Made by a program: the position numbers and the translations under genes
NCBI GenBank assembly: GCA_963717525.1
Contig: OY970343.1
Coordinates: 1,440,001 to 1,504,000 of the forward strand
From: an uncultured Methanoregulaceae archaeon
Lineage (GTDB): Archaea; Halobacteriota; Methanomicrobia; Methanomicrobiales; Methanospirillaceae
Length of the DNA: 64,000 nucleotides
Reading direction: 5' to 3'
Notes under the pieces: generated by a model
The model's database searches: none
What the model was told of the DNA's origin: nothing
What the model saw: only the letters and a program-made list of their open reading frames with translations
In this document: positions 42,170 through 54,132 of the stretch, in pieces
How positions within the stretch are numbered: the first letter of the stretch is position 1
Layout of the letters: each line of letters opens with the position of its first letter

Positions 42170-43063
42170 TTACCTCCCGAACGTCTCCCTCACGAAGGTT
42201 CCGGCACGGGCAACCGCATCGCGGGCCTCAGGCACCTGTTTACCAAAGATCTGCCAGAGGTGAAACATACCCTCCCAGATCTCGAACCTCGCCTGCACCC
42301 CCGCCCATGTTGCCTTCTTTGCAAATGCAGAAATGTCGTCAAACATGAGTTCACCGGAGCCGGCCTGGATATAGAGCCGGGGGAGCCCGGACAGGTTTGC
42401 ATGGACCGGTGAAGCACGCGGATCGCCGGGATCGCTACCGGCGAGATACTGGGTGCGTATCGCGGCAAGCCGGGCCGCAGTAAGCCAGTCACTTGCCTGG
42501 TTTCTGGTCACCGAATCCCCGCCAAAAGAGAGGTCCACCATAGGGGACATGCAGATGGCTGCCGGGGGCATCAGGAGGTGCTGATCGCGCAGCGAAAGCA
42601 GCAGGTCAAGCACGAGAGTTCCCCCCGAAGACAGGCCGACAGGAATTATCCGGTGCGGCGGGCAGCCATGGCGGGCAAGGAAGCGATAGGCGGCAAGCGC
42701 ATCTTCTGCCTGTGCCGGGAAGGGATGCTCCGGCGCAAGCCGGTAATCGACCGAAAAGACCCGGGCCTGTGCAGCCCGTGCGAGCTCAGCGCAGAATCCC
42801 AGATGGTCAGCCGTTGATCCCACCGAGAAAAAACCGCCATGGAAAAAGAGGAGGGTCCGATCCGGCACTGCCCCGGGGACTGAACACCACACTCCCCGCA
42901 GGTCGTCCCGAATCGCTACCGGTTCTACGGCCGGTCGTTCATCCGACTGAAATTCTGTAAAAAATTCCGAGAACTCCTGCCGGGCTACACCAGCCGGCTT
43001 GTTGGCGTCAGGGACATAGGACTTGAGGATGTCCAGGAACTCCTGCGGTGTTTCACGGATCAT
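42170..43063 (-). CDS. Alpha/beta hydrolase, hormone-sensitive-lipase (esterase) family
   Basis: FFHGG, DYRLAPEHPFP, GLSSGG nucleophile and GMFH. Confidence 0.9.
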   Translation of the reverse strand: MIRETPQEFLDILKSYVPDANKPAGVARQEFSEFFTEFQSDERPAVEPVAIRDDLRGVWCSVPGAVPDRTLLFFHGGFFSVGSTADHLGFCAELARAAQARVFSVDYRLAPEHPFPAQAEDALAAYRFLARHGCPPHRIIPVGLSSGGTLVLDLLLSLRDQHLLMPPAAICMSPMVDLSFGGDSVTRNQASDWLTAARLAAIRTQYLAGSDPGDPRASPVHANLSGLPRLYIQAGSGELMFDDISAFAKKATWAGVQARFEIWEGMFHLWQIFGKQVPEARDAVARAGTFVRETFGR

Positions 43064-45740
43064 GATGTGTGGTTATGGTGCGTAGGGGTGATAAAGTCTG
43101 GGGCGGGGAGTGGCCCGCTCCGCTGGTCCGGCACAGGTACAAAGACCCTGTACATCCCTTTTGGCACATGCATCTCAAAGCGGGCGCCCTTTCCCGCCCT
43201 GCCGGTCTCACGGATCGTAATACCCGTAATGGAAAGGATCTCACGGACGAGAAACAGATTATGGCTGTGGCCGGAAAAATTCCCGGGTTCTTTGCCGAAT
43301 ATCCGTTCCTTGTCATCCTGCGCAATCCCGATTCCGTTATCCTCGATCACCACCACAAGGCCATCAGGAGTCTCGTATGCGCTGCGCCGGATCTCCGTAA
43401 GAGTCGTACCGTGGCGGAGCGCATTATCCACCAGCGTGTAAAAAACCCGATCAATGAGAGGAATCGGTAAAAATCTCCCACCCATCCGGCGCTGAAACGA
43501 CAACGAACCAGACAGGTACTTCCCGCTGCCTGGCAGACCTTGCAGAACAGGTCGTCAACATTGAACCATCCCGGGGACGACGTGCCGAGGTTCTGGTAGA
43601 CCCGGGTAAATTCCACCTGAGCGGAAATGGCAGAAACGGTCTCGTTGATCTTTTCCGTGTACATCGAGAAGTACGGTTCAGCCGGGCAGTTCCGGAAAAG
43701 GTCGAGATATCCCACAAGCACGGTCAGCTTGTTCCTGATATCGTGGCGGGTAAGATCCGCGAGCAGGTTAAGTTTGCGGTTGGCAAGCGCAAGAGCGTGC
43801 TCCACCTTTCTCTGCTCTGTCAGATCCCGTGCGACTGCATAGATCTGTTTCCTGCCTGACATGAATGCCCGCCATTCGAGCCATCGGCAGGATCCGTCCG
43901 GGTACGTAATCCGGTTGACAAAGGTAACCGCCTTTCCCCCCCATCCCATGTGCTGGAGTATAGTCCGGGTTGCTGCACGATCGTCGGGATGAACGATCTC
44001 AACAAGCGACCGGACATTCTCTTTTCGGGCCGGACAGCCAAGCAGGGCTTCACCGGCAGGGTTGAGCCGTAAGAACCTGCCACCGGCATCAAGGATACAG
44101 AGCAGGTCGGGACCGGTCGTGAAAAACCGGTCAGACTCGCCGGTTTTCTCCCTGAGTGTGTCCTGGATGGCCCGGAGATCCGAAATATCATGATATATCC
44201 CGATACGCAGCTGACGGTCGGCTACCTGAAGCAGCTTGGTGCTCGCGATCACCGGTATACGGTTCCCGTCCCGGTCAACGATCACCTCTTCAAAAACCCC
44301 TGAATCATTCTCGCACTGCTGCAGGATCTGGTCCAACTGATGCCCTTCTCCACCATCAGGGTGGAGCGCGGACTCCCGCATCGCGAGGATTTCAGGAAGA
44401 GTCCTTTTCACCAGGTGGAGAGCTTCTGGTTTGCATCAATGAGCATACCGTTCTGCGCATCGGCAACAAAGATTGCATCGCCGGTCTGCTCCAGGAGCGG
44501 ACTGCAACCGGGTACACGGCCAGAGTGGGCGGTCAACAGAGGGTCGTTGCGGGAGACATCGCGCGCGATACCGTAAAATCCGGAAAAAACCCCTTCCCGG
44601 GAAAGAACCGGCATCCCGGTCAGCTCAAGCGTTACTTCCCGGCCGTCCCGGTGCACTGCATGCAGCAGAAGAGACCGGAACGCCTCTTTTTTTTCTATAA
44701 CCATGGTAAGTTCTGGTGCGATCCGGGCCGTATCTCCCGGGGCCAGAAGATCGACAAATGTCTTTCCCCTCATTTCTGCAGGGCTGTAGCCAAGGATCTC
44801 CTGTACCTGCTCACTCGCGCTGGTGATGCGTCCGTCAGGATTACACTCCCAGATCCAGTCTTCGGTTTCCCCGGAAAGCATCTGGTACCGCTGCCCTATG
44901 TCCCGTATCGCATAATCGCTCTTTTTGAGCCTCTTCGAACTGCTGCTGCAGCCCGTCTTCATTCAGCATCAGCTGGTGGAACGCCTCCTTTAATTCCTGC
45001 TCAGAGCGCCGTCGTTCACTGATGTCCCGGACAAACGCAAATATCTGCGATTCGGATCCTTGTTCGTTGTAGTTGAGCACCAGTTCGACCGGGAGAAACG
45101 ATCCATCTTTTTTTATGAGGATCTCTTCTATGATGGCGTATTTCCGGGTAAGCAGTGTGCTCCAGCCTGAGGACAGGGAAAAATGGGACAACCCCGGCCT
45201 GATATCCGTGACAGAGAGACCGGAAAATTCCTGTGGCGTATAGCCAAGCATGGTGCAGATGGCATCGTTGTAATAGGTAATCTCGCCGTTTATCCGCATC
45301 CAGACGATGCCTTCAGACGCATGATCGACGGAAAACTTCATCAGCCGCAGTTCGGTTTCTGCTTTTCTCCGCCGCACAATTTGCCGGATCAGATGGGTAA
45401 GCTCCTTGAACTGGGATCGTGGATCGCCTCCTTTCTGGACATAGGAATCCGCACCGCTGTTGATAGCCTCGATAACGACCTCTTCACGACCTCTGCCGGT
45501 GAACAGGATAAACGGCATGTCAGGATGCTGCCTGCGTATCGTACGAAGGAACGTAATGCCATCAATATCAGGCATCTGGTAATCGGATATGATGGCATCA
45601 AACTTTCCGGTGGCAATAAGGGTGAGCGCTTCACTTACCGATGCTATTGTAGCGACGGAAATATCCCCCTCCTGCTCCAGAAAAAGCCGGCACACATCCA
45701 GCAGTGCCGGCTCGTCATCGACATAGAGCAGGGAGATCAT
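43060..45740 (-). CDS. Hybrid receiver-multi-PAS-histidine kinase (split by about 3 frameshifts)
   Basis: REC domain (YVDDE, SDYQMP, FTG, QKGG), several PAS domains, H-box TRHDIRNKL and HATPase DNALRHG/EDNGIG, spread across ORFs 44841-45740, 44408-44962, 43347-44411 and 43060-43503. Confidence 0.85.
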
Positions 45741-45986
45741 TAACGATTGTTCTCACCTGATCCCATTTAAGTATATATCCTCCTGCACCCGGATTCTCGG
45801 GTTTTTTCGCAAATGTTCAAAGCATAAAACCCTGATTTATAAAAAGGGGGCGTATAGGCATCCCATGATGCCTGAACATGGTCAAATGACGAACATACCT
45901 GCATGGGTCAGGGATGAGGGAGCGGAAGTACGTGAACTCCAGGCCGGGCATCGCCCCTGCCGGGGAACCCGCATGGTTCGTGGGTC

Positions 45987-46800
45987 CTATTCTGTCGGCA
46001 CCCCGGCAGGAGTCGCATCCCAGAACCGGGCCAGGATCTGCCAGATCCTGCGGCGTAATTCAGTGACGTGCTCTTCCCTTACGGCGGAATGAGAGATCGG
46101 CGAATTTTCACGTTCATAAAGTGCCCGGTTCACTTCTATCTGGATCCAGGGGATGCCTTTACGCCAGTAGTGGGCGTTCGAGATAAATCCTCCGGAAAAC
46201 GGGGTGTTGATTGCCACTTCTCCAGTCCCGCAGAACTCTTCCCGGAATGATTCTGCAAGATGCACAATCCATTCCGGGGGACAGGTGGTCAGGCTCCCGG
46301 GCTTTGCCTGGCCATTCTCGTCACCGTAGTTTCCCAGGCAGATGAGCGGCCGGCATTTCCGGCATCACTCTGTTCTGCCGATCCATAAGGCAGCATCGAA
46401 TGGCAGTCGAACGCGATGCGTACGGGATAACGATCGATGAGCTCATCAATGCGCTGGTGATAAGGGAAATACCATCTCATCATCAGCCGGTGGATAAGGG
46501 GCAGGTCAGGCAGTTGCCCGGGCAGGTAGACCGGCCGGCCATCGACGGTCCTTGATCTTGATGATCCCGTCCGGGTCTTTGGGGGGGAGCGGGAGAGGCG
46601 GACGGTTAAGATCGATAACCATCCGGGAGATCCCGGTATCCAGCGTTGCTTCCACCGACCGGCCGAAATCAAAGAGCGTCCGGGTCGCGGGATCGCAGTA
46701 CCAGGATATCTCCTTTTCCGAAAGAGCGAACCGGCCAGGCAACCTCTGCCGGGATCTCAACGCCACCATGAGGGATCGATATGAGGAAGGGATATTTCAT
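45987..46800 (-). CDS. N-formylglutamate amidohydrolase family protein (fragmented by frameshifts)
   Basis: MKYPFLISIPHGG, SRMVIDLNR, YFPYH, FDCHSM, NTPFSGG and IQIEVNRALY in successive frames. Confidence 0.8.
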
Positions 46801-47034
46801 CGTTGATGCTTCTCAGGAGAACCTGAGCCGGGCTTTTTTGTTAATCTTTGGATAGGGATAACCCGGTGGGGGTCGGAAAATTGCCTTTGACCAAAAAAGT
46901 GCTTCAATGTACTTCCGGGATTTAAAAAGAGCTCTCTTTTGGTTCATATCTTTGATGCAGCTCCACTCTAAACACTATTTAAATAAGCGCTGATCCGGGC
47001 GTTGTACTTAAAACAGGGTAATATTTGCCCCAAT

Positions 47035-47055
47035 CTCCAGTGGAAATAAAGGGGT
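47035..47055 (+). promoter_or_regulatory. ORB-like (Orc1/Cdc6 origin recognition box) element
   Basis: CTCCAGTGGAAATAAAGGGGT matches the euryarchaeal ORB pattern TCCA-TGGAAA plus G-string; lies in a 600-bp AT-rich divergent intergenic region. Confidence 0.5.
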
Positions 47056-47412
47056 ATAAAAGGATGATCAATTTGCCGGATTGGCATAATATTCATTTTA
47101 CAAATATAAATTGAAAAAAGCAGCCCGCACGGGTGAAATAAAACCGGCATTGGTAAGTGCAGGGCACCGCAAGCGTTCCAACTCAGGCAATACACATATT
47201 GTGCCAAGAAGGCAGAATGTTTATAGCACAAAATGTAAATTATATTTTACAAAAAGATGCGAGAAGCCACCATATCTCTTCCATGCGGTTGGTACCACTG
47301 CAACTCCGCGTTGGTAAGTTTACCTGGTAGGCGGCATCGCGAACAGGAATGATAGCATGTTGCACATGATAGGAGAGCACAGGATAGTTGATGAAAGTAT
47401 GAGTGATGCCCA

Positions 47413-49780
47413 ATGACCACCCGTCACATCCTCCTCATAGGATGCCTGATACTGGTTTTCATCGCCAGCACCGTGGTTGTCGCGGTTACACCTACGCCTA
47501 CTCCTACAACGGCTACACCTACACCTACTCCTACAACGGCTACACCTACACCTACTCCTACAACGGCTACACCTACGCCTACTCCTACAACGGCTACACC
47601 TACACCTACTCCTACAACGGCTACACCTACGCCTACTCCTACAACGGCTACACCTACACCTACTCCTACAACGGCTACACCTACGCCTACTCCTACGGCA
47701 ACACCGAATACGACTGTAACGGTAACACCGCTTGTTGCAACATTCACGGCATCGCCCATCTCGGGCACTGCACCCCTCACCGTGCAGTTTGAGGATACAT
47801 CCTCGGGATCCCCTACTACATGGGACTGGAATTTCGGAGACGGGGATTCGAGTACCAATGAAAACCCGTCATATGCGTACACGACCGCGGGAACCTACTC
47901 TGTATCCCTTACCATTGGAGATGGTGGTGTTCTTCCCAGCAGTACCAGCACTCAGACCACGACTATAACGGTGAATGCAGGAGCCACGGCAGTCCCTGTC
48001 GTGACGGGCGTCTCTCCGACATACGGCCCTGTTTCCACGAGCACTCCCGATAACTATCACCGGGACCGGCTTTGCCGGGGCAACGGCTGTAACTGTAGGC
48101 GGCACGGCAGCAACCAATGTCGTGGTTGTCAGCTCTACAGAAATCACCGCAACCACCCCGGCCAGTTCTACTGTTGGACAGGTGGATGTCCTCGTCACAA
48201 CACCGAGTGGCATATCCTCTTCAGTATCCGCTGACGAATACACCGTCCGCAGAGACAGCAACACCGCTTGTTGCAACATTCACGGCATCGCCCATCTCGG
48301 GCACTGCACCCCTCACCGTGCAGTTTGAGGATACATCCTCGGGATCCCCTACTACATGGGACTGGAATTTCGGAGACGGGGATTCGAGTACCAATGAAAA
48401 CCCGTCATATGCGTACACGACCGCGGGAACCTACTCTGTATCCCTTACCATTGGAGATGGTGGTGTTCTTCCCAGCAGTACCAGCACTCAGACCACGACT
48501 ATAACGGTAACACCGACCGCAACAGCAACACCGCTTGTTGCAACATTCACGGCATCGCCCATCTCGGGCACTGCACCCCTCACCGTGCAGTTTGAGGATA
48601 CATCCTCGGGATCCCCTACTACATGGGACTGGAATTTCGGAGACGGGGATTCGAGTACCAATGAAAATCCGTCATATGCGTACACGACCGCGGGAACCTA
48701 CTCTGTATCCCTTACCATTTGAGATGGTGGTGTTCTTCCCAGCGCTACCAGCACTCAGACCACGACTATAACGGTGAATGCAGGAGCCACGGCAGTCCCT
48801 GCCGTGACGGGCGTCTCTCCGACATACGGCCCTGTTTCCACGAGCACCCCATAACTATCACCGGGACAGGCTTTACCGGGGCGACTGCAGTAACTGTAGG
48901 CGGCACAGCAGCAACCAATGTCACGGTTGTCAGCTCTACAGAAATCACCGCAACCACCCCGGCCAGTTCTACTGTTGGACAGGTTGACGTCCTCGTCACG
49001 ACACCGAGTGGCATATCCTCTTCAGTATCCGCTGACGAATACACCTTCGCAGAGACAGCAACGACCGTCCCGTTGCCTCTCTTTATCGCCTCCCCGACAT
49101 CAGGAACTGCACCGTTGGATGTAACGTTCACGGATGAATCAACGGGCTCCCCGGCATCATGGAGCTGGGACTTCGGGGATGGCAATACCAGCACCCTGGA
49201 AAATCCGACGAATACCTACGCAAACGACGGGACGTACTCGGTGACCCTTACGGAAGAGAATTCGCTTGGCACAAACGCGACAACCATGACCGGATACATC
49301 GTAGTCGGATCTACGGCACCGGTTGCTTCATTCACGCGAATCGTCCCACTTCAGGCACCGCACCCCTCACCGTCCAGTTCACTGATCAATCCACCGGATC
49401 CCCCACCTCATGGGAATGGTCGTTTGGAGACGGGAGTACGAGCAGCCTGCAAAATCCGTCTGAAACGTACCAGAATGCAGGAACCTACACGGTCACCCTC
49501 ACCTCCTCAAACTCCGAAGGGAGCAGCACGAATACTGCTTCCCAGACCATATCGGTGGATCTCTGGAGCGGCCACAACCGTTCCCACTACGGTGTTCACG
49601 ACGGCCCCCACCTTTGCGGTCGGCGCTGAAGCCACAACCAGTTCCTCGGTTGATACCTGGCTTGCACAGCAGAACGCTGAAATCGCCACTCCCACAAAAA
49701 AGTCACCCGGATATGACGCCCTCGCTGCGCTCATCGGCTGTGGTGCTGTTGCCGGTATTGCCTTGCGCAGAAGGCATTAA
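47413..49780 (+). CDS. Cell-surface protein: signal peptide, Pro/Thr repeats, 5 PKD and 2 IPT/TIG domains, PGF-CTERM-like anchor (multiple frameshifts)
   Basis: GTAPLTVQF...WDWNFGDG...NP...Y...GTY PKD repeats; ITITGTGF...VTVGG IPT repeats; C-terminal KSPGY-hydrophobic-RRRH. Confidence 0.85.
47488..47700 (+). repeat. 27-bp tandem repeat (7 full copies plus 1 partial) encoding TPTPTPTTA
   Basis: ACACCTACRCCTACTCCTACAACGGCT repeated head-to-tail. Confidence 0.95.
47723..49060 (+). repeat. Near-identical internal duplications of PKD (3x, about 250 bp) and IPT (2x, about 290 bp) modules
   Basis: ACACCGCTTGTTGCAACATTCACGGCATCGCCC... recurs near 47725, 48261 and 48528; the IPT block recurs near 47971 and 48773. 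Confidence 0.9.
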
Positions 49781-50065
49781 TCTCCCATCCTCTTTTCCCA
49801 AAGAACCGCAGGGAACATTTTCCACGCTCTATCCTTTGCGAAAATACGAGTGGTTTTACAGGGATCAGGGAGATTTCCCGATAGACCTGTCAAACGCTGC
49901 TCAAAGAATGAAGAGGAAAAAACCGTCCTGATACCCGGGGATCGCATCTTTTCACCGGTAAAGAAAATCTTCCGGGTCCTTTTTAAAAACCATCCGGGCC
50001 TGCAAGGCTCAACAAAGATATACGGTTGATTATTGAATATAATAAGTACGAGAAGGAGAGATCTG

Positions 50066-50740
50066 ATGAGTGACGACACCATGTATGATCAGCAGCCGCT
50101 GGGACCAGTTACTTTCGCAGAAAACCCCGAACCCCGGTGTCCCTGCCTCCTGCTGCTGGATACATCCGGTTCCATGGCGGGAAAGCCAATCGCAGAACTC
50201 AACGCCGGCCTGCGATCCTTTTACGAGGAACTCCAGAGTGATTCCCTCGCGGTAAAGAGAGTCGAGGTGGCACTGGTCTCCTTTGGGCCGGTCAGGGTCA
50301 TTTCAGAGTTCAACACCGCGGATTTCTTCCTTGATCCCACGCTCGAGGCAGAAGGTGACACTCCACTTGGGGAGGCAATCATCCAGGGAATCGATCTGGT
50401 GAGGAAACGCAAAGAGGAATACCGGGCAAACGGGATCTCCTTCTACCGGCCCTGGATCTTCCTGATCACCGACGGTTCCCCGACCGACGAGTGGCAGCGT
50501 GCCGCCGCGGCAGTCCGGGAGGGTGAAAGTTCGAAATCTTTTGCCTTCTTTGCGGTCGGCGTCCAGAACGCAGACATGTCGGTACTCCGGCAGATCACGG
50601 TCCGGCAGCCACTCAAGCTCCAGGGCCTCAAATTCCGGGAATTTTTCCAGTGGCTCTCCAATTCCATGAAATCAGCCTCCCGCAGCAATCCGGGAGACAG
50701 GATCCTGCTCACTCCACCTTCAGGGTGGAGCGAGATATGA
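50066..50740 (+). CDS. terY: TerY-type vWA domain protein (YegL-like)
   Basis: [21 protein letters not shown] (MIDAS DxSxS), [17 protein letters not shown] and FFQWLSNS. Confidence 0.9.
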   Translation: MSDDTMYDQQPLGPVTFAENPEPRCPCLLLLDTSGSMAGKPIAELNAGLRSFYEELQSDSLAVKRVEVALVSFGPVRVISEFNTADFFLDPTLEAEGDTPLGEAIIQGIDLVRKRKEEYRANGISFYRPWIFLITDGSPTDEWQRAAAAVREGESSKSFAFFAVGVQNADMSVLRQITVRQPLKLQGLKFREFFQWLSNSMKSASRSNPGDRILLTPPSGWSEI

Positions 50741-51507
50741 CCTGGAAACACCTTTCCTTGTCGGTCACGGGAAAATCGCACAGCGACCGGAACGAGCCGG
50801 GACAGGATTACTGCCGCACCGGGGCAATCAGGTTCTCGGACCGGGATTTTTTTATCGGTCTTGCCGCCGATGGTGCGGGAAGCACGACCCACGGAGGGAC
50901 AGGCGCGGAGATCGCCTGCGAAACAGTGTACCTCCGGATCCTTTCTGCGATCCGGAAGAGAGAGGATATTTCCTCCGTTACAAATGACGAGGTCAAAGCA
51001 TGGGTCTCCGCGTCCCGGGAGGCTATAGTCGCCCGGGCACAGGGAGACGGCCGGCGGGTAAAAGACTATGCCTGTACGCTGATCGGTGTTGTTGTCGCAG
51101 ACAATGATGCACTTTTTTTCCAGATCGGAGACGGGTGTATTGTCGTTGGCGACAAAGCCGGTTACCGCACAGTGTTCTGGCCGGACCAGGGCGAATATGC
51201 GAACATGACCTTCTTTGTTTCTGACGATGATTTTCTGGAGCATACCAGGATCGCACGCGAGGAAACCCCGCCCGATGAGATCGCGCTCTTCACCGACGGC
51301 CTCCAGAACCTGGTCCTCTCGTTTTCCACCCGTACCGTGCACGAGGGATTCTTCCGGCCCCTGTTTACCGCACTCAGGAAAAAACCGGAGAATGGAAGTG
51401 CGGATCTCACGACGCACCTGAACGCATTACTCTCCCGGGACGATGTGAATGCGCGAAGCGATGACGACAAGACCCTTATCCTCGCCGTGAACGTCCCCAC
51501 GAGCTGA
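50737..51507 (+). CDS. PP2C-like Ser/Thr phosphatase (YegK/PphC-like)
   Basis: [31 protein letters not shown] and DDDKT; ATGA overlap with terY. Confidence 0.9.
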   Translation: MTWKHLSLSVTGKSHSDRNEPGQDYCRTGAIRFSDRDFFIGLAADGAGSTTHGGTGAEIACETVYLRILSAIRKREDISSVTNDEVKAWVSASREAIVARAQGDGRRVKDYACTLIGVVVADNDALFFQIGDGCIVVGDKAGYRTVFWPDQGEYANMTFFVSDDDFLEHTRIAREETPPDEIALFTDGLQNLVLSFSTRTVHEGFFRPLFTALRKKPENGSADLTTHLNALLSRDDVNARSDDDKTLILAVNVPTS

Positions 51508-51513
51508 AAAACC

Positions 51514-53503
51514 ATGAGCCCGTCACCGTACTATAACCTCTTTGACAGCAGGGGCAACCCTGTCAGTCTCGGAAAAAAGGTGGGGAGCGGCGGCGAGGGG
51601 GATGTCTACGAGATCGCACCCCACCGCAGGGACGTGCTCGCCAAGATCTACCACAAGCCACTTACCGGGGAGCGGCAGGAAAAACTCCGGCTGATGGTCA
51701 GCGGCTGCAACGACGAGTTGAAGGAATTTGCCGCATGGCCCCTCGACCTGCTCCATGACAGTAAAAACGGCCCGGTCTGCGGGTTTGTCATGCCAAGGAT
51801 CACCGATTGCGAGCCGATCCACAAGGTGTATGGCCCCTCGCACCGGAAGGCGTCCTTCCCGAATGCAGACTGGAAGTTCCTGGTGAGAACTGCAAAAAAT
51901 CTCGCCGCTGCGTTCTACATCATCCACAAGTACGGGTACGTTGTCGGGGACGTCAACGAGGGAAATATCCTTGTCACGAAAAAAGCCTGCGTCCGGCTGA
52001 TCGACTGCGACTCGTTCCAGGTGCAGGCCCGTGAAAAGATCTATTTCTGCGAAGTGGGGGTCGCCCAGTTCACGCCGCCCGAGCTCCAGAAGTCAAAGGA
52101 TTTCAGGATGCTGCGCACGCAGAATCACGACAATTTCGGGCTTGCGATCCTGATCTTCCTGCTGCTCTTCATGGGCAGGCACCCGTTCTCGGGGGTCTAC
52201 AAGGGAAACGACGACATGCCTATCGAACGGGCGATTGCAGAGCACCGGTTTGCGTTTGGGAGAGGTGCAGCACTCAAGGCAATGGCGCCGCCGCCAAACT
52301 CGGTCGGGCTGTCGGTCGTCCCACGTGAGGTTTCCAGCCTTTTTGAACAGGCTTTCACCGAATCAGGGCATCAGTCATGGGGACGCCCAAGCGCAAACGA
52401 CTGGTGGAACGTACTCGATGCGCTGGAAAAACGGCTCAAGAAGTGCCCGACCGAATCCATGCACACCTTTTATACCGGCCTTGCCACCTGCCCGTGGTGC
52501 GGTCTGGAAAACAGTTCCGGGATCCTCTTATTCCTCAGTTCGGATACGATCTCGAGGATCGATGTGGCCTCGGAATGGCAGAAGGTCCTTGCGATAAAAC
52601 CGCCGGGGCCCATCCCTGAAATCAGCCCGCGGAAGTACCGGTGCCTGCCTGCACCATTCTCCCTGGATATCGCCCGGGCGGTCAGGCTTGGAAAGGTGCG
52701 GCAGGCTGTCCAGATCGTACTCCTTGTCGCCAGCGCCGCCATAATGCTTGTACTGTCAGCAGGATCGGGATTTCCTCATCCTATAGATGCGATTGGCCTG
52801 GTCCCGGCAGGCATCGCCGGGCTTCTTTTTGTGCTCCCGGGAAGGGACATGATGGAGAAGAAACGCCGGAAGAAGGAATTCGAGGATGCCCGGTATCAGC
52901 TGGCGGCTCTGGGAGAAAAAATGGAAAGCCGAGGCCGGGGACGCGGAATTCACCACCCAGCTGAATGCGCTCACGGGGTCCAAAAGGCGATACGAGGCGA
53001 TCGAGCAGGAATACAAGAACGCGCTCGCTGCCCTCCAGCACACTTCACGGGAGCGCCAGCAGAAGAAATTTCTGGAGACCCGCTTTATCGATACCTGCAC
53101 CTCACCCCGGCTCAGCGAGAACAGGAAGGCCGCGCTCCGGTCATTTGGCATAGAGACTGCGGCAGATATCGACCCGCACAAGATCTTGAGTATCCCGGGT
53201 TTCGATACCGCACTGACAAACGATCTGGTGAACTGGAGAAAACAGCAGGAGAGCAGGTTTGTCTTTGACGAGGAAAAACGCGTCTCTGCATCCGACATCC
53301 AGGGCCTGATCCACACGTTTCAGCCGAAGATCCGGCCGGTCGAGCGCGAGATTCTGTCCGGTGTCGAGAGACTATACTCAATCCAGCAGAAAATCCTCAA
53401 AAACCGGGCCAAGTTCCAGCCGATCGTTGAGAAAAGTGCACACGAACTTGCCCAGGCCCACGCGAATCTCTCGGTGGTTACGCTGGCCGGATACTTCTTC
53501 TAA
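51514..53503 (+). CDS. YegI-like Ser/Thr kinase with TM helices and C-terminal HhH region (frameshift near 52905)
   Basis: GSGGEG, AKIY, AWP, GDVNEGN, LIDCDS, FTPPE, D.FGLA, GRHPF, CPWC, two TM helices, and LRSFGIETAAD...IPGF in the second frame. Confidence 0.88.
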
Positions 53504-53607
53504 AACTTTCCTGAGCGCCCGGTCGTGATAAAAATACCGCCGCAGCCGGCTCCCGGTCTTTTAGTCTGAGATACAGATAAGAAATCACTGGTACAATAAA
53601 ATCAATA

Positions 53608-53937
53608 ATGAAGTACACGCCACGACATGTGAAAAAATTCCTTGAAGAAGGAAAGATCGATCCGGAACTCTGGAAGATCCACTTCCCTCATCTTCTCCCG
53701 TCCCATGTCCCCGAATGCAACGAATGCGAGGATAAAAAGAATAATCTCTGCCAGGGCGGGAAAAACCCGGTAGACTGTTTCCTCGGCATCTATGCTGAAG
53801 AAGAGGCAACAAAATCTGCCGGTGCTGAACATAAGGGACGCAAAGAGAGATCCAGGGAATTTTTCCCCGGCGCCAAGGGGAAGAAGGCAAAGGTCCCGGC
53901 GGGGGCAAACATCACCTTCGACCAGTCAAAGATGTGA
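53608..53937 (+). CDS. Hypothetical protein with small Cys cluster
   Basis: CNEC...C...C followed by a basic tail. Confidence 0.6.
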   Translation: MKYTPRHVKKFLEEGKIDPELWKIHFPHLLPSHVPECNECEDKKNNLCQGGKNPVDCFLGIYAEEEATKSAGAEHKGRKERSREFFPGAKGKKAKVPAGANITFDQSKM

Positions 53938-54132
53938 AGGTCGATCCCTCCCGTAATTCCGGGATTGGTGCGGGCGCTCACGCATAAGGGAGCGGGTATC
54001 CTGGTACCTTGGATTATTACCTTTCCTTTTAGTGCTCCGATTCGGATTATGCGATAAAAAGTATCCGGTATTTGGGGATCGCCCACGGATCTCCCCCATA
54101 CTTCTTCGAACTTCCCGTCGATCCCGGCCTGT

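Noticed and set aside
47488..47700. 27-bp repeat array as a CRISPR array
   Set aside because: The repeats are head-to-tail with no spacers and encode an in-frame Thr/Pro linker; there are no cas genes.
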